Position numbers and translations under genes: made by a program. DNA of 64,000 nt from an uncultured Chitinophagaceae bacterium (lineage in GTDB: Bacteria > Bacteroidota > Bacteroidia > Chitinophagales > Chitinophagaceae). Positions 9,376 to 19,263 of this stretch are shown in pieces (positions within the stretch are counted from its first letter, which is position 1; the number at the start of each line of letters is the position of its first letter). The DNA lies in NCBI GenBank assembly GCA_963800635.1, contig CAWDCB010000018.1, positions 59,033-123,032 of the forward strand, written 5' to 3'. The notes beneath the pieces are model-generated. The model was not told the DNA's origin. It saw only the letters and a program-made list of their open reading frames with translations, and ran no database searches.

Positions 9376-11208
9376 GTGAAAAAATATTCAGGATACATTT
9401 TTTATTTTGCGTACTGGATTTTTTATTTCCTGTTTTTAAAAGCTCTTTTCCTGGTGTATCATCATTCACTCACGGCAGGATTAACATCATCTGAAATTTT
9501 TAAAGTATTTATCTGGGGGCTAAGGATGGATGTATCCTTTACTTCTTACATCTGCATTTTTCCTTTCCTGCTTTTTTTTGTCAGATCCGTGATAATCAAA
9601 ATCAACATTACTAAGGCTATAAGGATCTATACAATTTGTGTTGTTGTGCTCCTTACCTTGTTAGCAACCGCTGATCTGGAATTATACAGGGCCTGGGGCT
9701 ATAGAATGGACGCCACACCACTCCAGTATCTTACCTCTCCAAAAGAAATGGGCACGTCAGTATCTGCTGCGCCCGTATTATTGTTATTAACGATCTCTAT
9801 AGTTTCATCGACACTTTTTATTTGGATTTATAAAAAATACATTGAGAAGTATCTCTTTATAAGACCAATTAAGCGCGGGATACCCAATATTGCCATTTCA
9901 TTATTTTTGGTCGTATTCCTTTTTATACCCATACGAGGCGGAATCCAAAAAATTCCTATTAACCAAAGCAATGTTTATTTTTCTAAGAAAATATTTGCAG
10001 ACCACGCGGCATTAAATTTACCATGGAATTTAATGTCTTCCATTTTATATAAAAACAGTAATAACAATCCTTTTGATTATTTTTCAAAAGACAGGGCTCT
10101 ACAAATAGTTAATAATCTATACGACACCGGCCCGGTCAAAATTCCTTCCATTCTTTCTATAAAAAATCCCAATATTATTTTTATTATAATGGAAAGCTTT
10201 ACGGCAAAGTTTGTGGGCTGCCTGGGTGGCGAACCCGGCGTGACTCCTAACCTTGATAAAATTGCATCGAATGGATTATTATTTACCAATATTTATGCCG
10301 CAGGCGACAGAAGTGAAAAAGGCCAGGTTGCAGTTTTAAGCGGGTATCCAAACCAGGCCATAACATCGATTATTAAAACGCCTGTGAAAACTGAAAAACT
10401 TCCTGCAATAACCAAATCGCTGAAAAACGCCGGTTATCATACCAGCTATACTTATGGAGGAGAGCTTGAATTCGCTAACATAAAATCATATTTGCTCAAT
10501 GCAGGCTTTGACAACCTTGTAAGTAAATATTCTTTCAGCCCTTCAGAAAGAACCACTTCATGGGGCGTGCATGACCATATTGTTTTAAACCGGTTTTTCG
10601 AAGATTTGCACAAAGAACAGCAGCCTTTTTTTGCAACTTTATTTACCCTTAGCAGCCATGAACCATTTGATGTACCTATGGCTCCCCGCTTTAAGGGAAA
10701 CGATGAAACCACCTTATTTAAAAATTCGGTGGCCTACACCGATAGTACAATAGGAGTTTTTATAAGCAGGCTGCAAAAAGATCCTCTATGGAAAAATACA
10801 TTGATAGTTTTGGTAGCAGATCACGGCCATCCGTTGCCGGGGAATGATCCCAATGACCGGCCTTCAAAATTTCATATTCCCTTAATTTTTACCGGCGGCG
10901 CCCTGCAGCTGCATGGAATTGTCAAGACTATAGGTTCTCAAACAGATATTGTTACTACTGTTCTCGATCAATTGAATATTTCTTCAGTAATGTTTAAATG
11001 GGGGAAAGATTTGCTGGACTCTTCAGCACATCAATTTGCATTCTACAATTTTAATAACGGCTTTGGATTTGTTACCACTTCGGGAACCGTAACTATAGAT
11101 AATGTTTCTAAAAAGATTATTGAACAAACCGGCAACATCGATTCCAATGCAATAAACTCCGGCAAGGCGTATATGCAGTGCTCTTACCAGGATTTTTTAA
11201 ACAGGTAA
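9376..11208 (+). CDS. LTA synthase / phosphoglycerol transferase (sulfatase-fold) membrane protein
   Basis: N-terminal TMs, IRGG, NIIFIIMESF, TLSSHEPF, VADHG. Confidence 0.9.
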   Translation: MKKYSGYIFYFAYWIFYFLFLKALFLVYHHSLTAGLTSSEIFKVFIWGLRMDVSFTSYICIFPFLLFFVRSVIIKINITKAIRIYTICVVVLLTLLATADLELYRAWGYRMDATPLQYLTSPKEMGTSVSAAPVLLLLTISIVSSTLFIWIYKKYIEKYLFIRPIKRGIPNIAISLFLVVFLFIPIRGGIQKIPINQSNVYFSKKIFADHAALNLPWNLMSSILYKNSNNNPFDYFSKDRALQIVNNLYDTGPVKIPSILSIKNPNIIFIIMESFTAKFVGCLGGEPGVTPNLDKIASNGLLFTNIYAAGDRSEKGQVAVLSGYPNQAITSIIKTPVKTEKLPAITKSLKNAGYHTSYTYGGELEFANIKSYLLNAGFDNLVSKYSFSPSERTTSWGVHDHIVLNRFFEDLHKEQQPFFATLFTLSSHEPFDVPMAPRFKGNDETTLFKNSVAYTDSTIGVFISRLQKDPLWKNTLIVLVADHGHPLPGNDPNDRPSKFHIPLIFTGGALQLHGIVKTIGSQTDIVTTVLDQLNISSVMFKWGKDLLDSSAHQFAFYNFNNGFGFVTTSGTVTIDNVSKKIIEQTGNIDSNAINSGKAYMQCSYQDFLNR

Positions 11209-12414
11209 TACCGGTGTGTTGTTCAACCTCCTGTAAAAAAATGCCAGTATAAAACAGACTGCACTTGTGATGAACCAAAGCGTTTGATATCCCAAATGTT
11301 GTGCAGCCAGCGAGCCGGCGTACGGCCCAATTGTTTGTGCTGATGCCCACGCAACACTGTACAGGGCAGCATACTGCCCACGGTTATTTTGCACGGTCCT
11401 GGCAATCCAGTATGCATTCATAAAAGGCATAGCCAGCATCTCTCCAAAAGTGAGAAACAACATGGCAACCACAGCAATTATTTTATAATTCGATGGTGGA
11501 ATATTTAATGTCAAAAAAGCAACACACACCAGCAGCACACCTCCGGATATAAAATGAAGCGACGGCCTGCGGCCTTCAAGTTTAAAAATAGTGATCATTT
11601 CAAAAAGAGCAATTATCAACCCGTTAAGCGCCATAACCATTCCAATGAATAAAACGCTCAGGTGAAACTTCTCCTTAAAAAAAACAGGTACGGTGGTAAA
11701 CAATTGAAAAAAACAAAGTGCAAAAAGAAATACCAGAACAACAAAAGACAGGTAAACCCGGTCTTTGTAAACTGAACTCTTTATGATACCCGTTGCTTTC
11801 GTTTTAACTTCAGTTGCACTATTGCGTTTAGGCGACAACGTTATATACAGTAAAACTGCAGCTAGTAAATTGGTGATTCCATCTACCCAGAATAAAAGGT
11901 TGTAGTTGAAGCTGGCAATTATTCCGCCCATGGCTCCGCCTACTGCCCAGCCAAGATTAATAGCCAGCCGGTTAAGGGAATAGGATCTTGTTCTGTTTTG
12001 TTCCTTGCTGTAATGTGCGATGGCAACTGTATTAGCCGGCCGGAAAGATTCGTTCATTATCGCCAGGATAAAAGTCGTAATGCAAATAGAATTATAAGAG
12101 TGCATTTGCCCCAGGATAATAAACATAGCTCCTCCCCCAACCAGCGCAACTATCTGAACGTAATAATAACCCACCATGTCAACCAACTTTCCACCGATCA
12201 TTGCGCCTGCAATAGCACCAAGGCCAAACAGGCTCATAACAAAACCGGCCCTGGCAATTGTAACTCCATAATGTTGCGTAAGATACATTGTCATGAATGG
12301 AATGACCATGGTGCCGCTCCTGTTCACCAGCATCACCAACGAAAGCCACCAGGTACCAGCAGAAAGTCCGCCATAAGCTTTTTTATATAAGGAAACGGCG
12401 TTGCTGACCATCAT
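11197..12414 (-). CDS. MFS transporter
   Basis: About 12 hydrophobic segments; LVNRSGTMVIPF, GGKLVDMVG. Confidence 0.9.
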   Translation of the reverse strand: MMVSNAVSLYKKAYGGLSAGTWWLSLVMLVNRSGTMVIPFMTMYLTQHYGVTIARAGFVMSLFGLGAIAGAMIGGKLVDMVGYYYVQIVALVGGGAMFIILGQMHSYNSICITTFILAIMNESFRPANTVAIAHYSKEQNRTRSYSLNRLAINLGWAVGGAMGGIIASFNYNLLFWVDGITNLLAAVLLYITLSPKRNSATEVKTKATGIIKSSVYKDRVYLSFVVLVFLFALCFFQLFTTVPVFFKEKFHLSVLFIGMVMALNGLIIALFEMITIFKLEGRRPSLHFISGGVLLVCVAFLTLNIPPSNYKIIAVVAMLFLTFGEMLAMPFMNAYWIARTVQNNRGQYAALYSVAWASAQTIGPYAGSLAAQHLGYQTLWFITSAVCFILAFFYRRLNNTPVLPV

Positions 12415-12435
12415 GCCGGCAAATATAAATTGTTA

Positions 12436-12580
12436 TTACACGAATTATACTAATTACACGAATTAACAAACAAGCAATTCGTCACTTATTTTGATGCATG
12501 ATGCGTAATTTACAATTCATGCGATTCGTTATCAATAATTCATTTAATTCGTGGATCAATAATTCACGTAATTCATGCAT
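12436..12580. repeat. Cluster of ~9-bp ACACGAATT / AATTC(G/A)TG repeats in inverted arrangement
   Basis: ttacacgaatt x2 followed by several aattcgt/aattcat copies. Confidence 0.6.
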
Positions 12581-12601
12581 CACCAATTCCTATAATCGTT
12601 A

Positions 12602-13300
12602 TTAAAATTGCTTCAGCATCATTGGGGCTAAAAGTTCACTCCATTTTTTATATTGCATGGCAGAGGGATGAAGGCCGTCGCCTGCGATAAGAGCAGGATC
12701 ACTTTTGGCATCACGCGAGATTGGAGTGATATCCAGGTAGTGCACCCCGCCGTTTAATGAAATGCTTTTATTGACGGCATTAAAAGCATCAATTTCGCGC
12801 GCAATCCTGGCCGTATCTAAAGCGCTCGCAAAAGGTGTTACGCTATAATCAGGGATAGAAATTACAAATACATGATCTTTGTTATTTCCTGCGTAAGATA
12901 TAGATCTCTCAAGCAATTCAGTAAACGCCGTTTTATATTCATCTAATGATTTCCCCTGGTACTGGTTATTTACGCCAATAAGAAGCGTTACAATTGAATA
13001 ATTCTTTTTTGGCGGATTAGTATTTAAGGCACTTAAAAGATCAGTTGTTGTCCATCCGCTTGTCGCAATAATATCGGGGCTATCGATGTCGACATTATGT
13101 TGTCTTATAAGCTTAATAGTTTGCACCGGGAATCTTTCTGTGTCAGCGACGGATGCGCCAATAGTATACGAATCACCCAGCGCAAGATAAGATCCATGAT
13201 TGGTATCCACAACAGTTACACGATTTACAGATTTGCTGTCATTATTTTTTTCACACGATAGTGATGATAAATAAATAATTGAAAGGAACAATTTTTTCAT
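12602..13300 (-). CDS. SGNH/GDSL hydrolase (probable lipoprotein)
   Basis: YLALGDSYT, LIGVNNQYQG, DGLHPS. Confidence 0.92.
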   Translation of the reverse strand: MKKLFLSIIYLSSLSCEKNNDSKSVNRVTVVDTNHGSYLALGDSYTIGASVADTERFPVQTIKLIRQHNVDIDSPDIIATSGWTTTDLLSALNTNPPKKNYSIVTLLIGVNNQYQGKSLDEYKTAFTELLERSISYAGNNKDHVFVISIPDYSVTPFASALDTARIAREIDAFNAVNKSISLNGGVHYLDITPISRDAKSDPALIAGDGLHPSAMQYKKWSELLAPMMLKQF

Positions 13301-13506
13301 CAAAAAAGCTAATGCCAAAATATACGGGAAAACATCAGGAAAAGTTTCGAGGTACAAATATTGCCGCCATACAAAAATTTATTCACGTGAAGCTTTTCAT
13401 CAGTGTTCACATTTCTATTGGCAACTAATGCAAATAATTAGATATGTTACTTACCATTTTGTAAATTGCCCGTATTTAAAGACCAAATATTCATTTAATC
13501 TTTCAC

Positions 13507-15057
13507 ATGAAAAAGCTTTTCATTTTAATACCAGTATTTATACAAATCGCCGTGTATACATCAGCACAAAACGACACCAATACCCCCTCATCAACTCTTG
13601 TAAAAACTGCAAACGGCCTTGTAGACGGAACTGTTGAAAAAAGTGGCGTTCGTTCCTTTAAAGGTATTCCATTTGCTGCGCCACCCGTAGGTGATTTGAG
13701 GTGGAAAGAACCACAGCCTGCAAAGGATTGGCAGGGCGTACGCCAAGCAAAACAATTCGCTGCAAACCCAATGCAGTATAATGTATTCGGTGATATGAAC
13801 TTCCGGTCAGCAGGTGTGAATGAAGATTGTTTATACTTAAATGTATGGGTACCTCCTGGTAATAGTAAATCACGGCCGGTGCTGGTGTATTTTTATGGAG
13901 GCGGGTTTGTTGCAGGTGGCGGATCAGAGCCAAGATACGATGGTGAAAGTATGGCGACAAAAGGAATTGTAACCATAACCGTTAATTACCGGCTTGGAGT
14001 ATTTGGCTTTATGTCTCACCCAGAACTTACCAAAGAAGCTCCGCAGCATTCCTCAGGAAATTATGGGTTATTAGACCAGGTTGCAGCCTTACGCTGGGTA
14101 CAAAAAAATATTGCCGCTTTTGGAGGCGATCCGAAGAGGGTAACTATTGCAGGAGAATCTGCAGGTTCCATTGCAGTAAGCGCGCTGATGGCGTCTCCCC
14201 TGTCGAAGAATTTAATTGCCGGCGCTATCGGTGAAAGTGGTTCAGTACTTGGCGCTCTGTCTGCTGCTCCCCTTAATAAAGGAGAAGAGGCAGGAGTAAA
14301 TTTTGCGGACAGCCTGGGTTTGCATTCTCTATCGGAACTTCGAGGCCTTAGTGCAGATTCATTGCTTGCGGCATCAAAAAGATTGGGCGTTTTCCGCTTT
14401 CCGGTTACAATAGATGGATATTTTTTTCCAAAAAGCCCTTTTGATATTTACAAGGCGGGTGAACAGGCCCATGTTCCTTTACTGGCCGGCTGGAACTCGG
14501 AAGAGAATAATTATCATAGCATATTTGGAAACGAAACCCCTTCAAAAGAAAATTTTACAAAGGCCGTTCAAAAATTTTACGGGGATAGCGCAGCGGAAGC
14601 CTTAAGGTACTATAACCCTGCAACAGATGAAGAAGCACGCCAGGTTGCAACAGATCTTGCCAGTGACCGGTTTATAAGTTACAGCACCTGGAAGTGGATA
14701 GACCTGCAAAGTAAAACCAGTGGGAAGCCGGTGTACCGCTACCTGTTTTCCCGTGCAAGGCCTTCCTCTGCCGGTGGAGCGGTTCATTCTGCGGAGATCG
14801 AATATGCTATGGGTAATCTTGCCACTAATAAGGCCTTTGCCTGGACGCCGGATGATTATAAGGTCTCTAAAATAATGGAGGAGTACTTTGCTAACTTTAT
14901 AAAGACTGGTAACCCTAATGGAGGTGGTTTGCCAACATGGCCTGCAATAAACAAAAGTACTGCTGTACCGGTAATGCATATTGATGTGAGTACACGTGTT
15001 GAACCGGAACAACACAGGGACAGGTATTTGTTTTTAGACAGGTACGCGAAGAAGTGA
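13507..15057 (+). CDS. Type B carboxylesterase
   Basis: FKGIPFA, EDCLYLNVW, GESAG, HSAEI. Confidence 0.95.
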   Translation: MKKLFILIPVFIQIAVYTSAQNDTNTPSSTLVKTANGLVDGTVEKSGVRSFKGIPFAAPPVGDLRWKEPQPAKDWQGVRQAKQFAANPMQYNVFGDMNFRSAGVNEDCLYLNVWVPPGNSKSRPVLVYFYGGGFVAGGGSEPRYDGESMATKGIVTITVNYRLGVFGFMSHPELTKEAPQHSSGNYGLLDQVAALRWVQKNIAAFGGDPKRVTIAGESAGSIAVSALMASPLSKNLIAGAIGESGSVLGALSAAPLNKGEEAGVNFADSLGLHSLSELRGLSADSLLAASKRLGVFRFPVTIDGYFFPKSPFDIYKAGEQAHVPLLAGWNSEENNYHSIFGNETPSKENFTKAVQKFYGDSAAEALRYYNPATDEEARQVATDLASDRFISYSTWKWIDLQSKTSGKPVYRYLFSRARPSSAGGAVHSAEIEYAMGNLATNKAFAWTPDDYKVSKIMEEYFANFIKTGNPNGGGLPTWPAINKSTAVPVMHIDVSTRVEPEQHRDRYLFLDRYAKK

Positions 15058-15133
15058 AAGGAAGTTGGAGGTTCAAAGTTGAAGGTTGAAAGCTTTACTT
15101 GCTACCTGACACCTGATACCTGATACTGCTTCT

Positions 15134-15874
15134 TTACAGCCATCTGTATTTCTCTATCAAATGTTCTTTTTGATTCCGCGCCACAGGTATATGCTGGCCA
15201 TTGCTCATGGTTAATATTCCTTCATTGCGGTTGAATTGTTTAACATGATTAAGGTTGATAATATATTGGCGGTGTACACGGAGAAAATGTTCTTCTTCCA
15301 ACACTTCCTGAACATCTTTCAGTGTCTTCGAGATAAGGAACTGCCGGCCATCTGTTAATATTAATTTTGAATAATTATCACTTGCTTCACCAAACACAAT
15401 TTCATTAAGGTCAATGAAGGTAACTCCATGTTGACCTGGTATCGCGATTTTAGTAACCGGCTCTCCACGCAATTGCTTTTGCAGCATTGTTAATTGCGAA
15501 GATGTCGGTTTTATACGTTTCTCTGCTTTTGCGACCGCTTCTATTAATTCATTTGTATCAATGGGTTTTACCAGGTAATCGAGTGCATTGAAGCGGAATG
15601 CTTTTAACGCATACTGATTATATGCCGTGATAAACACTACACTAAAATTGAGGTGCAATATTTTTTCGAGTATTTCAAAACCATTCATAACCGGCATTTC
15701 AATATCAAGAAATAATAAATCAGGCTGTAGCGTCTCAATATCCCGGGATGCTTTCACCGAACTGGTATAGGCGCCTATAATGTCTACCTGTGGGCAATTT
15801 TGAGTAAGTTCTGCCTGTAAAAGCTTCACACTATCCGGCTCATCATCAATTATTATAGTTCTTAGTTTAGTCAT
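15134..15874 (-). CDS. LytTR family response regulator
   Basis: IIDDE, FLDIEMP, DYLVKP, FLRVHRQYIIN. Confidence 0.95.
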   Translation of the reverse strand: MTKLRTIIIDDEPDSVKLLQAELTQNCPQVDIIGAYTSSVKASRDIETLQPDLLFLDIEMPVMNGFEILEKILHLNFSVVFITAYNQYALKAFRFNALDYLVKPIDTNELIEAVAKAEKRIKPTSSQLTMLQKQLRGEPVTKIAIPGQHGVTFIDLNEIVFGEASDNYSKLILTDGRQFLISKTLKDVQEVLEEEHFLRVHRQYIINLNHVKQFNRNEGILTMSNGQHIPVARNQKEHLIEKYRWL

Positions 15875-18261
15875 TATACCGGAATTTGAATGGTTACCAG
15901 TGTGCCGGCAGGCTGACCGTTATCATGCAGAAGATCGTGAATGCTAACATTCGCACCGGTTTTATAAATCTGGTTGATCAATGCAATGCGTTCTGAAGTA
16001 ACTTTCATACCATAGGACTTATGCCTCGTAGCTGTTTTACTTCTCAATTCTGCTGACCTGGACCTGCCCACGCCATCGTCAATTATATTTATTTCAAGTA
16101 CCGATTCTTCTTTATGAATAGCAGCATTAATATCAATTTTGCCGCCTTCTTCTTTGTGCATTAATCCGTGCCAGATCGCATTTTCCACATAAGGCTGGAG
16201 TAATAACGGTGGTATCTCTATATAGTCGGCCTCTACGTCATTGTTTATTTTTATATCATATTGCAGTTTTTCTTTGAAGCGCATTGCTTCCATTTCGATA
16301 TACAACCGGAGTGCATTCAATTCAGACGTAAGCGAAATACGGTCATTCCGTGAGTTTTCCATAACAAGCCTGATAAGCTTGGAGAATTTTGTAAGATATT
16401 CCGAGGCAGCAACAACATCATTTTGAGTAGTGTATAGCTTTATAGAATTAAGACAATTGAAAATAAAATGAGGATTCATTTGTGAACGAAGCGCTGTAAG
16501 GGATACATCTGCCAGCTTGCGCTGAAATTCTGCTTCCCTCTTTTCCTGTTGTTCTTTTTCTTTTGCAAGTTCCCTTTTTAACTTATCCTGTTTCGCGCGG
16601 TTGCGATAAATAAAGAAAGAAGCTGTAGCAGCAAGCAAAATTAAAATACCGATACTATAGAACCACTGCTGTTGCAATCTAAGCTTACTTAATGCCTGCT
16701 GCTGCGAAAGATTTTTTACCTCTGAGTTCTGAAGCTCTTTTTCTTTTTGCACAATCGTTAATTGCTTTTCACCTTTCTGCCTTTCCAATTGTTCATTTTG
16801 CAGATCGGCTTGTGTTTTAAAATAAGCTAATTTTTGAAGGTCCTTTTCTTTATTGCTGAGCTCAAGGCCTTTTTGGTTCAGGATTAGTTGTTGTTGCTCC
16901 TGTTGTGTAAGCAATACCTGCTGCTTTAATTTTTCAGCTGTCACTTGCTGCTGAAGGTTTAAAGAATCTTCCTTCTTACTAAATTCATATTGCATCGAAA
17001 GGTGTTCTATTTCCTTTCGCTTTCTATTATTCAAAATACTATCACGAATGATAATATAATTCTTATAATCTTCAAGTGCTTTGATATGATCACCCTTTGC
17101 TGAATCCAATTGCGTAAGCGTTGAATAAGCGTCGCGCTGCAATTCAAGGTTGGCTATTTCTTTGCCATTTTTAATAGCCTGGCTAATAAGGCCAAATGCT
17201 TTGCTATGCCGTTCAGGAATTTGTATATTATTTTTATAAAGTACCGAATCAGAAGCATATATTAAACTCTCGCCTATTTTCAATTGAATGGCTGATTCAA
17301 GTCTTTTATTACCCTGGAGAATTGCAATTGGCGACGCTTTTTCATAATATTTTATGGCATTTCCGTAGTCAGCTAATCTTACATATATGTCGCCGATATT
17401 TACCAGGCAGTAAAGCGTAATATCTTTAAAACCTGATTCGTCGCTTAATTTCATAGATCGCGTTTGATAATCCAGCGCCTTATCATAATCAGCCATAGCA
17501 AGAAAACTATCTCCAATTTTTTGTAGCGCACCGGCTTCTCCTCTCTTATTGCCGGTTTGCTGGCTGAGATTATATGATTTCTTAAAATAAGTTGCCGCTG
17601 TTTTAAAATCGGATAACTCACTGTAAATATCTCCCATGTTATTATAGCATGTGGGCAGGCTATTTACATCGTTTACACTTTCTGCTATGCTCAATGATTT
17701 TTGTGAATACTCCAAGGCTTTTGGAATGTTCGACATAAGAATATAAACGCGGGAAATATTTCCCAATGGGAATAACTCATAATTTTTAAGGTTCAGCCCT
17801 GTGTATATTTTTAAGGCATTTTCATAATAGTCAAGTGCCTCAAAATAATCGCCCCATTTCGTATATAGATTTCCAATATTCGAATATGCATTTGCCACGC
17901 CTTTTTGTATTCCCTGCTCCCGGTACAATTGCATCGCTCGCTGAAACCATTGTAACGCGTCAGAATAATCGGCCTTCAAAAAGTAGTTAGCTGCCTTTGT
18001 ATTGTATGCATCGGCAAGCTTTATTGCCACGTGCAATTCTTTTGCAAGGATAATTGCCGAGTCGGAAATTCTTACTCCTTGCTCGGGATTGATTCTTTCA
18101 TAGGCAATCCCTGCTGCAATAAGTAATTTCAATCTTATAGTGTCTTCTGTAAGATGGTTATTCAATTCCTTTAGCAGCGAATCAAGTTTCTGAGCCTTTA
18201 CGTTAAAAGTGCAAAATGATTCAATGAGTAAAAAAAAGATAAGGATGTTTTTGCATCGCAT
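15874..18261 (-). CDS. TPR-repeat sensor histidine kinase (LytS/His_kinase type)
   Basis: TPR helices, TM, ALRSQMNPHFIFN, QPYVENAIWHG; overlaps the response-regulator start. Confidence 0.93.
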   Translation of the reverse strand: MRCKNILIFFLLIESFCTFNVKAQKLDSLLKELNNHLTEDTIRLKLLIAAGIAYERINPEQGVRISDSAIILAKELHVAIKLADAYNTKAANYFLKADYSDALQWFQRAMQLYREQGIQKGVANAYSNIGNLYTKWGDYFEALDYYENALKIYTGLNLKNYELFPLGNISRVYILMSNIPKALEYSQKSLSIAESVNDVNSLPTCYNNMGDIYSELSDFKTAATYFKKSYNLSQQTGNKRGEAGALQKIGDSFLAMADYDKALDYQTRSMKLSDESGFKDITLYCLVNIGDIYVRLADYGNAIKYYEKASPIAILQGNKRLESAIQLKIGESLIYASDSVLYKNNIQIPERHSKAFGLISQAIKNGKEIANLELQRDAYSTLTQLDSAKGDHIKALEDYKNYIIIRDSILNNRKRKEIEHLSMQYEFSKKEDSLNLQQQVTAEKLKQQVLLTQQEQQQLILNQKGLELSNKEKDLQKLAYFKTQADLQNEQLERQKGEKQLTIVQKEKELQNSEVKNLSQQQALSKLRLQQQWFYSIGILILLAATASFFIYRNRAKQDKLKRELAKEKEQQEKREAEFQRKLADVSLTALRSQMNPHFIFNCLNSIKLYTTQNDVVAASEYLTKFSKLIRLVMENSRNDRISLTSELNALRLYIEMEAMRFKEKLQYDIKINNDVEADYIEIPPLLLQPYVENAIWHGLMHKEEGGKIDINAAIHKEESVLEINIIDDGVGRSRSAELRSKTATRHKSYGMKVTSERIALINQIYKTGANVSIHDLLHDNGQPAGTLVTIQIPV

Positions 18262-18747
18262 AAAGGATATTTTTTACATTTTAAAAGTAAACAAACCCAT
18301 CCTGCGGTTGTATAAATTTTAGTAAGCAATACTAATTATCAGGTAAGCAGCCTTTTTATTGAGTAAGAGATACAGAAAGATACTAATAATTACCCTGAAT
18401 TTTTTATGCGGGAAGCCGAGGGTTCCCGGATACTTGCGCGGCTGAACCTATAATTTAAATCAGGATTAAAGCTATTAAGGTTCATTGTAAAACGATGGGG
18501 AAACCTGCATTCGTAGTCCCGGTTCTTCCTGGTATCTTTCTTTCGAACAAGCCTCGCTGCTATTGTCACCCACATTACATGCTTCCCTCAACTCACCTGT
18601 TCCTCACTCAATGGAATTGTTGCTTTACCCTTATGCTGCGGGAATAACATCTGTCTTATTCTAAGTTTGAAAGGGAATACAATCATTGCATACAAATCCT
18701 GTGTTGAATCATATCAAAAATTATTCTTTCACGTTAAAGCTCCCATT

Positions 18748-19215
18748 ATGAAAAAGATTTTCTTTCAAAACGCTGTAACACTATCCCGGTATCTGCCGAC
18801 TGCCAAACCTGAAAAAATTATCTTATCCTTAAACCTGCCATTTAAAAAACAAATCAGGAAAGTCTTTACCTGTATGATTCTGTTTAACCTTTTGCATACT
18901 TCAGCGGTAATGTGCCAGCAGCCTAAATATGCAAGGCCTGCAAATTCCACTCCTGAACAACTAGAAAAAGGTATTTATAATTACACTTACCGGCTCTTTA
19001 CCGCGCCGAACAAATCATTCGGGTATGACGTACTGCAAAATAACCGGGTAATATTTCACCAGCCTGCATTTCCAAAATCACCGATTGACAATGAGGAAAT
19101 GCTCATCAAAAAAGAGCAGGCTGAAATAGCAGCCACATTGACCATCGCAAAATTAAAAAAAGGAATGCGTCCTGAACTAACAAGAGAAGAATTAATAAAA
19201 ATCGGTGCACGTTAA
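18748..19215 (+). CDS. DUF4907-like protein
   Basis: FGYDVLQNNRVIFHQP..AEIAATLTIAKLKKG..PELTREEL; start uncertain. Confidence 0.7.
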   Translation: MKKIFFQNAVTLSRYLPTAKPEKIILSLNLPFKKQIRKVFTCMILFNLLHTSAVMCQQPKYARPANSTPEQLEKGIYNYTYRLFTAPNKSFGYDVLQNNRVIFHQPAFPKSPIDNEEMLIKKEQAEIAATLTIAKLKKGMRPELTREELIKIGAR

Positions 19216-19263
19216 AGCGAGCGCACTTTTATTTACATCACCCATAATCTAAACCATTTTTGT

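Noticed and set aside
16700-16960. Gln/Leu/Lys-rich stretch in the TPR kinase
   Set aside because: It is consistent with an ordinary coiled-coil linker before the TM helix.
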